The notes under the pieces were generated by a model. That model saw only the letters and a program-made list of their open reading frames with translations, ran no database searches and was not told where the DNA came from. A program made the translations under genes and the position numbers. From NCBI GenBank assembly GCA_963560155.1, contig CAUWMY010000004.1:205-64204 (forward strand): a DNA stretch of 64,000 nt, written 5' to 3'. This DNA comes from an uncultured Collinsella sp. Its GTDB lineage: Bacteria > Actinomycetota > Coriobacteriia > Coriobacteriales > Coriobacteriaceae. Shown here one piece after another: positions 48,676 to 60,488 of the stretch. How positions within the stretch are numbered: position 1 is the stretch's first letter; every line of letters begins with the position of its first letter.

Positions 48676-49779
48676 ATGAAGTTCACGGTCAGCCAGTCGG
48701 CCCTTTCCGATGCCATCGCCGTCGTGATGAAGGGCATTGCGCCCTCGTCCACGCTTCCCATCCTCTCCGGCGTGCTCGTGCGCGCCGCCGACGGGGTCCT
48801 CGAATTCCAGACGTCCAACTACACCATCTCGATCCGCCATCGCATCGCCGCGCGCGTGGACGAGGAGGGCCAGGTCGTCATTCCCTGCAAGATGCTCTCC
48901 AACATCGTGAAGACCCTGCCCGACGCCCCGGTGTCCTTTGAGCTGGCCGAGCGCCAGGTGACCATCGCCTGCGAGCGCTCCACCTTCCGCCTGAACACCC
49001 TGGACGCCGGCGACTTCCCCGAGTTCCCCACGTTCGCGCTCGAGCGCTCCGTCGAGCTGCCCGCCAACATCCTGACCGAGATGGTCAGCCGTGTCTGGCG
49101 CGTCACTTCGACGGACAAGAACCGCCCGGTCCTTAACGGCGTGTTCATGACCGTCGAGAACAACACAATCCGCCTGGTGGCCACCGACTCCTATCGTCTC
49201 GCGGTGTGCGACACCCAGGTCGAGACCTCCTCGCTGGATGGCAGCTTCGAGCTGAACGTCCCAGCCGATGCCTTCAACGATGCCCTCGCCATCACCGGCG
49301 GCCAGGGCTCCATCCTTATTGGATCCACGGATACGCAGGTCGTGTTCGTGGCTGGCAACACCACCTACGTCGCCCGTCGTATCGAGGGCATGTACCCCAA
49401 CTACAAGGCGCTGCTGCCCGCGTCCTGCGCCACCACGGTCAAGATCGATGTGGCCGCCCTGACCTCCGCGCTTAAGCGCGTCTCCACGGTCGCTCAGGCC
49501 AACTCCGCCGTTAAGTTCGACATCTCCGTCGAGACCGGCCAGATGATGCTTTCCGCCATTTCCAATGATCAGGATGCCGCCACGGCCACGGTCGAGGTCG
49601 AGGCCGAGGGCGCCAGCGGCGTCATCGCGTTCAACTACCACTACATCTTCGGCTGCCTGAACGTGCTCTCCCGTGAGAAGGAGATCACGCTCGAGCTGCA
49701 GAGCTACAACCAGGCGGGCGTGTTCAAGTCCTACGACAAGATCAACTACCTCTACCTGGTCATGCCGGTCCGCATCTAG
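48676..49779 (+). CDS. dnaN: DNA polymerase III beta sliding clamp
   Basis: MKFTV, LPILSGVL, VATDSYRLA, YPNY, YLVMPVRI. Confidence 0.97.
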   Translation: MKFTVSQSALSDAIAVVMKGIAPSSTLPILSGVLVRAADGVLEFQTSNYTISIRHRIAARVDEEGQVVIPCKMLSNIVKTLPDAPVSFELAERQVTIACERSTFRLNTLDAGDFPEFPTFALERSVELPANILTEMVSRVWRVTSTDKNRPVLNGVFMTVENNTIRLVATDSYRLAVCDTQVETSSLDGSFELNVPADAFNDALAITGGQGSILIGSTDTQVVFVAGNTTYVARRIEGMYPNYKALLPASCATTVKIDVAALTSALKRVSTVAQANSAVKFDISVETGQMMLSAISNDQDAATATVEVEAEGASGVIAFNYHYIFGCLNVLSREKEITLELQSYNQAGVFKSYDKINYLYLVMPVRI

Positions 49780-49794
49780 CCCCCCGCTGCCCCG

Positions 49795-49890
49795 AAAGTC
49801 TCAATTGGGGACAGGCACCAATTGAGACTTTCTTGCCTGCGGCGCCATACGCTCGAATGTCGCAATCGGTGCCTGTCCCCAATTGCACCG
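49795..49890. repeat. Inverted doublet of REP-like palindromes (copy 6 49795-49831 +; copy 7 49856-49890 -)
   Basis: AAAGTCTCAATTGGGGACAGGCACCAATTGAGACTTT, then a degenerate inverted copy. Confidence 0.8.
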
Positions 49891-49942
49891 CCAATTGCAC
49901 CGCCCGCACCACCTTCTTCTCGCACGTTAGGTTCTCCCGCCC

Positions 49943-51091
49943 ATGTTCATCGCCGCGACGGAGCTTTCCGTTCTCCATTACCGCAGCTTCGATGATCTCA
50001 AGATCGAGCTGGATCCGGGCATCACGGTGCTCGTGGGCCGCAACGCCGTGGGGAAGACCAACCTCGTCGAGGCGTTGCAACTGCTCACGGCCGGAGCCTC
50101 GTTCAGAAAGCCGACGGCCTCTGAACTGCTGTGCGAGGGTGAGGGTTCGGGCCGTATCCGCCTGATGCTCGAGGGGGAGGGCCGCCTCATCGAGATGGGG
50201 CTCGATTTTTCCGAGGGTAAACGCTCGTTTACGCGTAACGGGAAGAAGACCCGCGCCGCGGGTATCCGCGGCGTGCTGCCGAGCGTGCTGTTCTGCCCCG
50301 ATCACCTCGACATGGTCAAGCGGTCCGCATCACGTCGCCGCGAGGCACTCGATTCTTTTGGCGTGCAGCTGAACGAGAACTACGCCAAGCTGCTGGCCGC
50401 TTACGAGCGTACGGTCGAGCAACGCAACAACCTGCTCCGCGATGGCTACGCCCCCGGTTTGCTCGAGGTGTGGGACGAGTCGCTCGCCATGACCGGCGCC
50501 CAGCTGCTGCTTCATCGCACGGCCCTGCTCGAGCGCATCCGCGAGCATTTCATCGACGTCTACCGCGCGATCGCCCCGCACGAGGAGCCCGACGTCCGCT
50601 ATCTGCCGAGCTTTGGGGAGCTGGCCGACGGCCGCGAGGCGATCGCGGCACAGTTCCTGGACGCGCTCGCTTCGCGCCGCGAGGACGAGCTCCGCCGCGG
50701 CTGCACGCTCGTGGGCCCGCATCGCGACGAGGTGCTGTTCACCATCGACGGCCGCTCCGCCCGCGATTACGGCAGCCAGGGCCAGCAGCGCTCGATCGTG
50801 CTCGCATGGAAGATCGCCGAGGTCCAGGTGACGCGCGATATTCTTGGCAGGTATCCGCTGTTGTTGCTCGACGACGTCATGAGCGAGCTCGACGCCGCCC
50901 GCCGCGATGCCATCATGGGCTTCATCGCCGACGAGATCCAGACGGTGATCACCACCACGAACCTCGGCTACTTCGCCGAGGACATGCTCGCGCGCTCCCG
51001 CGTGATCCGTATCGGCGATATGCAATTCGCACCCGTCCCCGATTACACATCCGCACCTGGAGGAGAGGAGAAGGCGATATGGGAAAAGTAA
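49943..51091 (+). CDS. recF: DNA replication and repair protein RecF
   Basis: GRNAVGKTNLVEAL, GPHRD, GSQGQQRS, LLLLDDVMSELD. Confidence 0.96.
   Translation: MFIAATELSVLHYRSFDDLKIELDPGITVLVGRNAVGKTNLVEALQLLTAGASFRKPTASELLCEGEGSGRIRLMLEGEGRLIEMGLDFSEGKRSFTRNGKKTRAAGIRGVLPSVLFCPDHLDMVKRSASRRREALDSFGVQLNENYAKLLAAYERTVEQRNNLLRDGYAPGLLEVWDESLAMTGAQLLLHRTALLERIREHFIDVYRAIAPHEEPDVRYLPSFGELADGREAIAAQFLDALASRREDELRRGCTLVGPHRDEVLFTIDGRSARDYGSQGQQRSIVLAWKIAEVQVTRDILGRYPLLLLDDVMSELDAARRDAIMGFIADEIQTVITTTNLGYFAEDMLARSRVIRIGDMQFAPVPDYTSAPGGEEKAIWEK
51017..51051 (-). repeat. REP-like palindrome, copy 8, inside the recF 3' coding region
   Basis: Reverse complement GATGTGTAATCGGGGACGGGTGCGAATTGCATATC; encodes DMQFAPVPDYTS. 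Confidence 0.8.
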
Positions 51092-51459
51092 CTGAGAGGG
51101 GTCGGCTCAAGGCAACCGCCGGCTTGAGTGAGTTCATCAACTCCGAGAGGATGCGCCTGTTCGACGGCGCAACTCCCGAGCGCCAGGCGCAGTTCCGCCA
51201 GGCCGAGCGCCGCCATGTCATCTTCCAGGCGTGGAACAAGGTGTGCGCCGGCACGCGCGAGGGCAGGCACGTCACGGGTCTGCACTACGTCGCCGAGCGC
51301 GATGAGCTCATCGTCTACACGGACGGCGCCTCCTGGACCCAGGAACTTACCATGATGCGCGAGATCATCCGCGCCCGCATGGACGCATGTGGCGGAGCTG
51401 TGGGCAACATCGTGGTCAAGACCACCCGCCCCGGCTTCGCCAAGGGGCCTCGGGAGTAG
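51079..51459 (+). CDS. dciA: DciA/DUF721 family protein
   Basis: Canonical recF-X-gyrB position; AW.....G...HVTG......ELIVY.D...W.QEL pattern; ATG 51079 after AGGAG. Confidence 0.7.
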   Translation: MGKVTERGRLKATAGLSEFINSERMRLFDGATPERQAQFRQAERRHVIFQAWNKVCAGTREGRHVTGLHYVAERDELIVYTDGASWTQELTMMREIIRARMDACGGAVGNIVVKTTRPGFAKGPRE

Positions 51460-51474
51460 CGTGTCTGCGCGTGC

Positions 51475-51518
51475 GATGTCGAAAATGGGGGCACTCGAAG
51501 CGCTTCATTTTCGACATC
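51475..51518. repeat. Hairpin with 13-bp arms GATGTCGAAAATG / CATTTTCGACATC
   Basis: Perfect arms; shares ATGTCGAAAA with the hairpin at 10949. Confidence 0.7.
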
Positions 51519-51535
51519 ACGCGCGCAGGCGGGGC

Positions 51536-51644
51536 AATGTGCAAATGGGGACGGGTGCGAATCGCACATCGGAGAGTGCGCGTCCTCGGCGTCCCGCATC
51601 GACCGCCGGGATGTGCGATTCGCACCCGTCCCCATTTGCACATC
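51536..51644. repeat. REPIN-like unit: two inverted 35-nt palindromes (copies 9 and 10) with a 39-nt spacer
   Basis: 51536-51570 and 51610-51644 are reverse complements at 34/35 positions. Confidence 0.9.
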
Positions 51645-51751
51645 CAGTCGCAAGTCCCCGCAAAACGGCTCTCAGGGGCTTGTAGAGGTATTCGGTACCT
51701 CAAACCTCACGCGTTTTACCCTTGGTCCATGCGATAAAATGTAAAGGTTAG

Positions 51752-53806
<2,055 letters not shown>

Positions 53807-53818
53807 CCGGCGCCGGCC

Positions 53819-53928
53819 GATGTGTAATTGGGGACGGGTGCAAATTACACATCGGCGGGTTCACGCACCCCGCGGCCCGCACCGGCCGCCCGGGATGTGT
53901 AATTTGCACCCGTCCCCAATTACACATC
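53819..53928. repeat. REPIN-like unit: two inverted 35-nt palindromes (copies 11 and 12) with a 40-nt spacer
   Basis: 53819-53853 and 53894-53928 are exact reverse complements (GATGTGTAATTGGGGACGGGTGCAAATTACACATC). Confidence 0.92.
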
Positions 53929-53955
53929 TGCGACCACGACCGATAAGGAGAACCC

Positions 53956-56733
53956 GTGGCTGACGATATGAACAACGACGAGCTCGAGCAGGGCGGTGCG
54001 TCCGAGGGCATGCCCGAGGACCTCAAGCGCCTGCTCGCTCGCGCCAACGAGGACGACGCCTCCGCGTACGACCCCGACGCCGAGCCCGATGAGGACGAGG
54101 ATGACGACGAGGAGCTCGAGGAGAGCTTCGGCGCCAACGACCGCGGCGAGGACGCCGGCACGGATGTGAACGGCGGCTCGCTGCAGATCAGCGAGTTCGG
54201 TCGCGAGATGAAGCAGTCCTTCATCGAGTACTCCATGTCGGTCATCACCGCGCGCGCTCTGCCGGACGTGCGCGACGGCCTCAAGCCGGTCCACCGCCGC
54301 ATCCTCTACGCGATGAACGAGAGCGGCATCTTCCCCAACCGCCCGCACAAGAAGTCCGCCTGGACGGTCGGCGAAGTCATCGGCAAGTACCACCCGCACG
54401 GCGACTACGCGGTCTATAACACCATGGTCCGCCTCGCCCAGTGGTTTTCCATGCGCACCCCGCTCATCGACGGTCACGGCAACTTCGGCAACATCGACGG
54501 CGACGGCGCCGCCGCCATGCGTTACACCGAGTCGCGCCTGGCCAAGCCCGCCATGGAGCTCCTGCGTGACCTTCAGAAGGACACCGTCGACTGGCAGCCC
54601 AACTACGACGAGTCCCTCGCCGAGCCCACGGCACTGCCTGCCCGCTTCCCCAATCTGCTGGTGAACGGCTCCCAGGGCATCGCGGTCGGCATGGCCACCA
54701 ACATCGCCCCGCACAACATGGGCGAGGCCGTCGAGGCCACCTGCTATCTCATCGACCACCCCGACGCGACAGTCGACGAGCTCATGCAGATCATGCCCGG
54801 TCCCGACTTCCCCACGGGCGCCCTCATCATGGGCACCGACGGCATCCGCCAGTCCTACGAGACCGGCCGCGGCTCCATCACCGTGCGTGCCAAGGCGCAT
54901 GTCGAGTCCACCAAGACGGGTCGCAACCGCCTCGTGTTCACCGAGATCCCGTACATGGTGAACAAGGGCACCCTGCAGGAGAAGATCGCGAGCCTCGTGA
55001 ACGAGAAGCGCATCGAGGGCATTTCCGACATGCGCGACGAGTCCACCCAAAAGGGCCTGCGCCTCGTCATCGAGCTCAAGAAGGGCATCATCCCGCAGGT
55101 CGTGCTCAACAACCTGTATAAGTACACCTCCCTGCAGACCACCTTCGGCGCGAACAACCTCGCGCTGGTCAACGGTATTCCCAAGCGCCTGTCGCTGCGC
55201 GAGATGCTGCAGCACTACATCGACCACCAGGTCGACGTGGTGACCCGCCGCACCCGCTTCGACCTCAAGAAGGCCCGGGCCCGTGCGCACATCCTCGAGG
55301 GCTACCTCATCGCCCTCGACCATATCGACGAGGTCATCTCCATCATCCGCTCCTCCCAGACGGACGCCGAGGCCAGCAGCCGCCTCATCGAGCGCTTCGG
55401 GTTCAGCCCCGAGCAGACCACGGCCATCCTCGAGATGAAGCTCCGCCGCCTCACCGGCCTGGAGCGCGACAAGATCGAGGAAGAGCTCGAGGGCCTGCGC
55501 CGCGCGATCGCCTACTACGAGGACCTGCTCGCGCACGAGGAGAAGATCCTCGGCGTGATCAAGGAGGAGATGCGCGAGATCGCCCGCAAGTTCGGCGACA
55601 AGCGCCGCACCCAGATCACCGGCGCCGAGAAGGACCTCAACGTCGAGGACCTCATCGCCGACGAGGACATGGTCGTCACCATCACCCACACCGGCTACGT
55701 CAAGCGCATCCCAGTGGAGTCGTATCGCGCCCAGAAGCGCGGCGGCAAGGGCGTCTCCGGCGTCAACCTCAAGGAAGACGACGTCATCGACGAGATGTTC
55801 ATTGCCAGCACCCATGAGTACGTGCTGTTCTTCTCCACCAAGGGCAAGGTCTACCGCCTCAAGGTGCACGAGCTGCCCGAGGGCACGCGCCAGGCACGCG
55901 GCACCGCGATCGTGAACCTGCTGCCGTTCGAGGACGGCGAGAAGATCGCGTCCGTGATCTCCTGCCGTGAGTTCCCCGAGGACGAGTACCTCATGTTCGC
56001 CACCGCGCACGGCATGGTGAAGAAGACGGCCATGGCCGCCTACGACCGCTCCCGCCGCGATGGCATCATCGCCATCAACATCAAGGACGGCGACCGCCTG
56101 CTCGGCGTGCGCCGCGTGAAGCCGGGTGACAAGATCATCATGGCAACCACCGCCGGCAAGGCCATCATGTTTAGCGAGGACCAGGTGCGCGCCACCGGTC
56201 GCGACACGAGCGGCGTCCGCGGTATCGGTATGAAGGCCGGCGCTGAGGTTCTGGGCATGGAGATCACCAACGGCACCGGGGAGCTCTTTGTGATCACCGA
56301 GCGTGGTTACGGCAAGCGCACCCCGGTTGCCGACTACCCCGAGCAGAACCGCGGCGGCCAGGGCGTCTACACGATCCAGATGACCGAGCGCAAGGGCGCG
56401 CTGGCTGCGATGAAGGTGGTGGGCCCGCAGCACGAGCTGTTCATCATCACCGAGGGCGCGACCGTCCTGCGTGTGAAGACCGCCGAGATCTCCCAGACCG
56501 GCCGTGCCACCCAGGGCGTGAAGATGATGAGCGTGGATGAGGGCGACCGCGTCACTGCCGTGGCTCGCATGACCGCGGCCAAGAAGAAGGATGGGGATCC
56601 TGCCGAGGCCGAGGGCGAGGGCCAGGAGCCGACTGACCTGCCGGATGGCGCCGTCGCGGAGGTCCCTGGCGATGAGGACCGCGTGGATATCGGTTCCGGC
56701 GACGAGGCTCTGGAGGACCTGCTCGAGGAGTAG
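53956..56733 (+). CDS. gyrA: DNA gyrase subunit A
   Basis: [37 protein letters not shown] GyrA box; acidic termini. Confidence 0.98.
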   Translation: MADDMNNDELEQGGASEGMPEDLKRLLARANEDDASAYDPDAEPDEDEDDDEELEESFGANDRGEDAGTDVNGGSLQISEFGREMKQSFIEYSMSVITARALPDVRDGLKPVHRRILYAMNESGIFPNRPHKKSAWTVGEVIGKYHPHGDYAVYNTMVRLAQWFSMRTPLIDGHGNFGNIDGDGAAAMRYTESRLAKPAMELLRDLQKDTVDWQPNYDESLAEPTALPARFPNLLVNGSQGIAVGMATNIAPHNMGEAVEATCYLIDHPDATVDELMQIMPGPDFPTGALIMGTDGIRQSYETGRGSITVRAKAHVESTKTGRNRLVFTEIPYMVNKGTLQEKIASLVNEKRIEGISDMRDESTQKGLRLVIELKKGIIPQVVLNNLYKYTSLQTTFGANNLALVNGIPKRLSLREMLQHYIDHQVDVVTRRTRFDLKKARARAHILEGYLIALDHIDEVISIIRSSQTDAEASSRLIERFGFSPEQTTAILEMKLRRLTGLERDKIEEELEGLRRAIAYYEDLLAHEEKILGVIKEEMREIARKFGDKRRTQITGAEKDLNVEDLIADEDMVVTITHTGYVKRIPVESYRAQKRGGKGVSGVNLKEDDVIDEMFIASTHEYVLFFSTKGKVYRLKVHELPEGTRQARGTAIVNLLPFEDGEKIASVISCREFPEDEYLMFATAHGMVKKTAMAAYDRSRRDGIIAINIKDGDRLLGVRRVKPGDKIIMATTAGKAIMFSEDQVRATGRDTSGVRGIGMKAGAEVLGMEITNGTGELFVITERGYGKRTPVADYPEQNRGGQGVYTIQMTERKGALAAMKVVGPQHELFIITEGATVLRVKTAEISQTGRATQGVKMMSVDEGDRVTAVARMTAAKKKDGDPAEAEGEGQEPTDLPDGAVAEVPGDEDRVDIGSGDEALEDLLEE

Positions 56734-56960
56734 GGGTTTTCACGGGGGCATATTCGCTGACAAGGCGGCTTCGACCAAATGGTCGGGGCCGCCGTTTGTG
56801 CTCGCCGGGGCGCGGCCGTCCGCGGTTGTGGAGAGCTGTCCGCCCGCCGAATCCCCGAGCTTCGCCGGCTGCTGTCAGTGCGGATTTGAGGTTATGAACG
56901 ATTGACCCCCTCTGCCCAATTTGGACCCCATCGTTTCCCAAGGTAGATGCATGTGCATAT

Positions 56961-56995
56961 TTGCAGCTTATGAACGGTTCGTTCATAAGCTGCAA
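56961..56995. promoter_or_regulatory. 15-bp perfect inverted repeat upstream of the GH3 gene, candidate operator
   Basis: TTGCAGCTTATGAAC-N5-GTTCATAAGCTGCAA; extra half-sites at 56892 and 57012. Confidence 0.5.
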
Positions 56996-57138
56996 TTTTG
57001 TACGGAAAATTGTTCATAGCCTCACGCACCTTCCCGCGGCTCCGCAGCTCCGCGCCGTGGGCCTTCCAGCGCTCATGCGGGTATAAGGCGGGGGACCAGG
57101 CCGCATGTCGCGGTCTTGCAGTTTTGGGAGATGGCGCG

Positions 57139-59727
57139 ATGATGCGGGACGAGCAATGGGATAATTTGGCTGATCGACAGCCCCCGAGCGCCTCGCGCGC
57201 GAGCAGCCTCCCGCTTGAGGAGCGGGCTCGGTTGCTCGCCGGCGAGTCGCACTGGACAACCCATGCCGCCCCAAACGCGGGCATCCCGAGCCTGTTTCTT
57301 TCGGACGGCCCTCATGGCCTGCGTAAGCAGGAGGGCGCCCAGGATTGCATGGGTATTGCGGAAAGCCGCCCAGCGACGTGTTTCCCCACGGCTTCGGCTC
57401 TCGCCTGCTCATTCGACCCGGCGCTGGTCGAGCGCATCGGCGTCGCGATTGGCGAGGAGGCTCGTCGGCAGGGTGTCGACGTGGTGCTCGGTCCAGGGGT
57501 GAACATCAAGCGCCATCCACTGTGCGGTCGCAACTTCGAGTATTTCAGCGAGGACCCGGTCGTGTCGGGCGAGCTTGGCGCGGCAATGGTGCGAGGCATT
57601 CAGAGCTGCGGCGTTGGCGCGTGCCTTAAGCACTTTGTCGCCAACAGCCAGGAGCATGCACGTATGGTGTCCGACTCCGTGGTCGATGAGCGGACGCTGC
57701 GCGAGCTGTATCTCGCGCCGTTCGAGCATGTGGTGCGCCGCGCCCATCCGTGGAGCGTGATGACGGCGTATAACAAGTTGAACGGCGTCTATTGCTCTGA
57801 GAGCGAATGGTTGCTACGCGAGGTCCTGCGTGGTGAGTGGGGCTTTGACGGCGCGGTCGTCAGCGACTGGGGCGCCATGAGCTCGAGCGTGGCTTCGGTT
57901 CGGGCCGGCCTCGATTTGTGCATGCCCGGTCCCCGCGCCGATCATGCGCGCGCGCTTGTCAAGGCGGTTCGTTCGGAAGATCTGGGGGAGGATCGCGTAA
58001 CCGAGGCCGTTTCGCATATCGAACAGCTGGCCCGTCGAGTGGCGGAAGCCCGTGGCGCCATGCCCATGGGGTCAGCGTCTGGCGAATCCTTGCCCGGAAC
58101 CGCTGCGGAAAAGCGCAAGTCGCTCGTCTCGGGCGAGGAATTCTACCGTGCGCATGCGGACTTGGCCCGAACGGCGGCGGCCCAAAGCGCCGTCCTTCTC
58201 AAGAACGATGGCGTGCTGCCGCTGAATCCGGATGCAAAGGTCGCGGTAATCGGCGCGTTCGCCCGCATGCCGCGGTATCAGGGCTCGGGTTCGTCGCGCA
58301 TCAACCCAAAGATCATCGACAACATCTGGTATCGCCTCGAACAGCGCGGTGTGGCTGCTGAGTATGCGGACGGTTACGACCCCGCAACGGGTGATGTGGA
58401 TGAAGGGCAGCTGCGCGCGGCGGAGACCCTCGCCGCTCGTTCGGATGTGGCGATAGTTGTTGTGGGCCTTCCCTCGCGATACGAATCCGAGGGCTTCGAC
58501 CGTAAGCTCATGGTCATGCCGCGCGGCATGCGCGCGCTCATCGACCGCGTGTGCGCTGCAAATCCGCGCACGGTTGTGGTCCTGCAGGGCGGCGCGCCCA
58601 TGGAAATGCCATGGCGCGACGGCCCCGCCGCGATTCTTCTCATGTACCTGTCCGGATGCCAGGGCGGCGGCGCTGCCGTCGACGTGCTGGTGGGAGATGT
58701 GAACCCCGGCGGCAAGCTCGCGGAAACCTGGCCCGTCGATTTGGGTCAGACCGCGCTCGGTGCGACGTATCCCGACATGGACAACGAGGTTCTCTATCGC
58801 GAGGGCCCGTTTGTGGGATATCGCTATTACGATGCGGCGGACGTCGAGCCGGCGTTCCCGTTCGGCCATGGCGAGTCGTACACCGAGTTCGCGTATGAGG
58901 GATTCGAGGTGAAGGCATGTGCGGGCGTTGAGGTCTCGTTCACGCTGCGAAACATCGGATCCCGCACCGGTGCCGAGGTTGCCCAGGTGTATATCGCGCC
59001 CGCTTCGGGCGTTGTCCCGCCGCCTTGCCCAGTGCAATGGCTCGCCGAGTTCGCCAAGATCGAGCTGAAGCCCGGCGAGGAGCGCCGAGTTGTGCTGAGC
59101 CTGGATGAGGCCGCATTCCGGAAATGGGACGCGAGCCTTCACCGCTGGCGCGTGTATCCGGGTGAGTATGAGGTTCGCGTGGCGTCGTCGAGTCGCGATG
59201 TTCGCCTGGCGACATCCATCGCCGTCGGCGACGGGCAGTCCGCATTCAATCTGGAGGGAGCGCTGTATCGACGTGGTATCACCGAAGAGCAGCTTGCGCC
59301 CGATCAAGCCCCCGCGCCGGCCCGGCAGGTTCCCGAGATATATCGTCATCCGGTATCCAGTTGCTTCGCACAGCCGGAATCTGCACGGGCGTTCGCCGAG
59401 TTGTATGCCCGCCCGCTCCCCGAGCGTCCACCCGTCACGCCGTTCACCATCGATTCGACCGTGAGCGACATGGGCGCCTGCTGGCTCGGCCGTCGCTTGT
59501 ATCGCATCATCGATTGGGTCATGGCCGAGCCGGCGAGCAAGATGAACCGCGATCAAAAGGCGATGATGCGGGAGATGGCGGCCGACATGCCGTTGCGCTC
59601 CCTCACCACGAGCGGCGTTCCCCTGGAGTCAGTGAAGGGTTTTGTCTCAATGCTGAATGGCCATTATCTGACGGGATTTAGACACGTGTTCAAAGGACTG
59701 ATGCACTTTGTGAGAAGCGGACGGTAA
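57139..59727 (+). CDS. Glycoside hydrolase family 3 beta-glucosidase with Fn3-like C-terminal domain
   Basis: SDGPHG, RNFEYFSEDP, LKHFVAN, VVSDW (nucleophile), VLLKND, ESEGFDR, GYRYYD, FGHGESYT; no signal peptide seen. Confidence 0.93.
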   Translation: MMRDEQWDNLADRQPPSASRASSLPLEERARLLAGESHWTTHAAPNAGIPSLFLSDGPHGLRKQEGAQDCMGIAESRPATCFPTASALACSFDPALVERIGVAIGEEARRQGVDVVLGPGVNIKRHPLCGRNFEYFSEDPVVSGELGAAMVRGIQSCGVGACLKHFVANSQEHARMVSDSVVDERTLRELYLAPFEHVVRRAHPWSVMTAYNKLNGVYCSESEWLLREVLRGEWGFDGAVVSDWGAMSSSVASVRAGLDLCMPGPRADHARALVKAVRSEDLGEDRVTEAVSHIEQLARRVAEARGAMPMGSASGESLPGTAAEKRKSLVSGEEFYRAHADLARTAAAQSAVLLKNDGVLPLNPDAKVAVIGAFARMPRYQGSGSSRINPKIIDNIWYRLEQRGVAAEYADGYDPATGDVDEGQLRAAETLAARSDVAIVVVGLPSRYESEGFDRKLMVMPRGMRALIDRVCAANPRTVVVLQGGAPMEMPWRDGPAAILLMYLSGCQGGGAAVDVLVGDVNPGGKLAETWPVDLGQTALGATYPDMDNEVLYREGPFVGYRYYDAADVEPAFPFGHGESYTEFAYEGFEVKACAGVEVSFTLRNIGSRTGAEVAQVYIAPASGVVPPPCPVQWLAEFAKIELKPGEERRVVLSLDEAAFRKWDASLHRWRVYPGEYEVRVASSSRDVRLATSIAVGDGQSAFNLEGALYRRGITEEQLAPDQAPAPARQVPEIYRHPVSSCFAQPESARAFAELYARPLPERPPVTPFTIDSTVSDMGACWLGRRLYRIIDWVMAEPASKMNRDQKAMMREMAADMPLRSLTTSGVPLESVKGFVSMLNGHYLTGFRHVFKGLMHFVRSGR

Positions 59728-59846
59728 CTTTCCTTAACTTTCCGCCACTCACATTTTGCATGCGGTCTAACGTGTGGGAAGATGGAAACACCAGCTCATT
59801 GACGCTGATTCTAATCAATATTCAACTTTCCCTAACTTTCCTGAAT

Positions 59847-59877
59847 AAAAAAACCGGGGCTGGCGACCCAGCCCCGG
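59847..59877 (-). terminator. Intrinsic terminator after the DUF151 gene
   Basis: CCGGGGCTGG-loop-CCAGCCCCGG followed by T7 on the minus strand. Confidence 0.85.
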
Positions 59878-59880
59878 CAA

Positions 59881-59916
59881 AACGTCTCAATTTGTACCTG
59901 ACCCCAATTGAGACTT
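59881..59916 (-). repeat. REP-like palindrome, copy 13
   Basis: Reverse complement AAGTCTCAATTGGGGTCAGGTACAAATTGAGACGTT; overlaps the stop of the DUF151 gene. Confidence 0.85.
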
Positions 59917-60484
59917 AGAAATCGTCTGGGGATAGGCCCTGCACGAACTCGTCGAAACGCTCGAACTCCTCTTTTTCGGAGTCCGGGTCAGTGTCGGATT
60001 GGAGCGAGATGCTCCCCGCGCGGTTCATGACCTCGTCTTCAACGTAGATGGGGGCGTTGGAACGGGCGGCCAAGGCGAGCGCATCGCTCGGGCGCGCGTC
60101 GATCTTGATCTCGCGACTGCCCGGATTGCCCGACGAGTCCTCGTTGTCGTCATCGGGTGCCTCGCTGCTCGTCGTGCCCCCGCGGTCCAACACCACGTCG
60201 GCGTAGAACACGGGCGCCTCCCAGCGGTTGATCTCAACGCGCTCGATCTTGGCGCCCAGCTCCTGCACTGTGCGCAGCATTACGTCGTGCGCGATGGGCC
60301 TCGGTGCGGCCTTGTCGGAGTCCATTCCGCCGCCAATGGCAGCCGCCTCGTACGCACCCGTCTGGATGGACAGCGCACGCAGCGGCGCGCCAGATCCGCT
60401 CCTGCCCTTGCGCTCGCGCAGCACAACAACGGAGGGAACGGGCCCCGCGGCCATGACGATGCTTTCGATATCAACACGAATCAC
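59915..60484 (-). CDS. Bifunctional nuclease domain protein (DUF151, DNase-RNase)
   Basis: VVVLRE, I..G.YEAAAI, RP.AHD, FYA, IDARPSDALALA; start taken as GTG 60484. Confidence 0.88.
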   Translation of the reverse strand: MIRVDIESIVMAAGPVPSVVVLRERKGRSGSGAPLRALSIQTGAYEAAAIGGGMDSDKAAPRPIAHDVMLRTVQELGAKIERVEINRWEAPVFYADVVLDRGGTTSSEAPDDDNEDSSGNPGSREIKIDARPSDALALAARSNAPIYVEDEVMNRAGSISLQSDTDPDSEKEEFERFDEFVQGLSPDDF

Positions 60485-60488
60485 AGTG

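Noticed and set aside
56906-56935. Further degenerate REP copy (CCCAATTTGGACCCC)
   Set aside because: Too short and no complementary arm
56972-56984. LexA (Cheo) box GAAC-N4-GTTC
   Set aside because: Spacing is N5 and the downstream gene is a glycosidase
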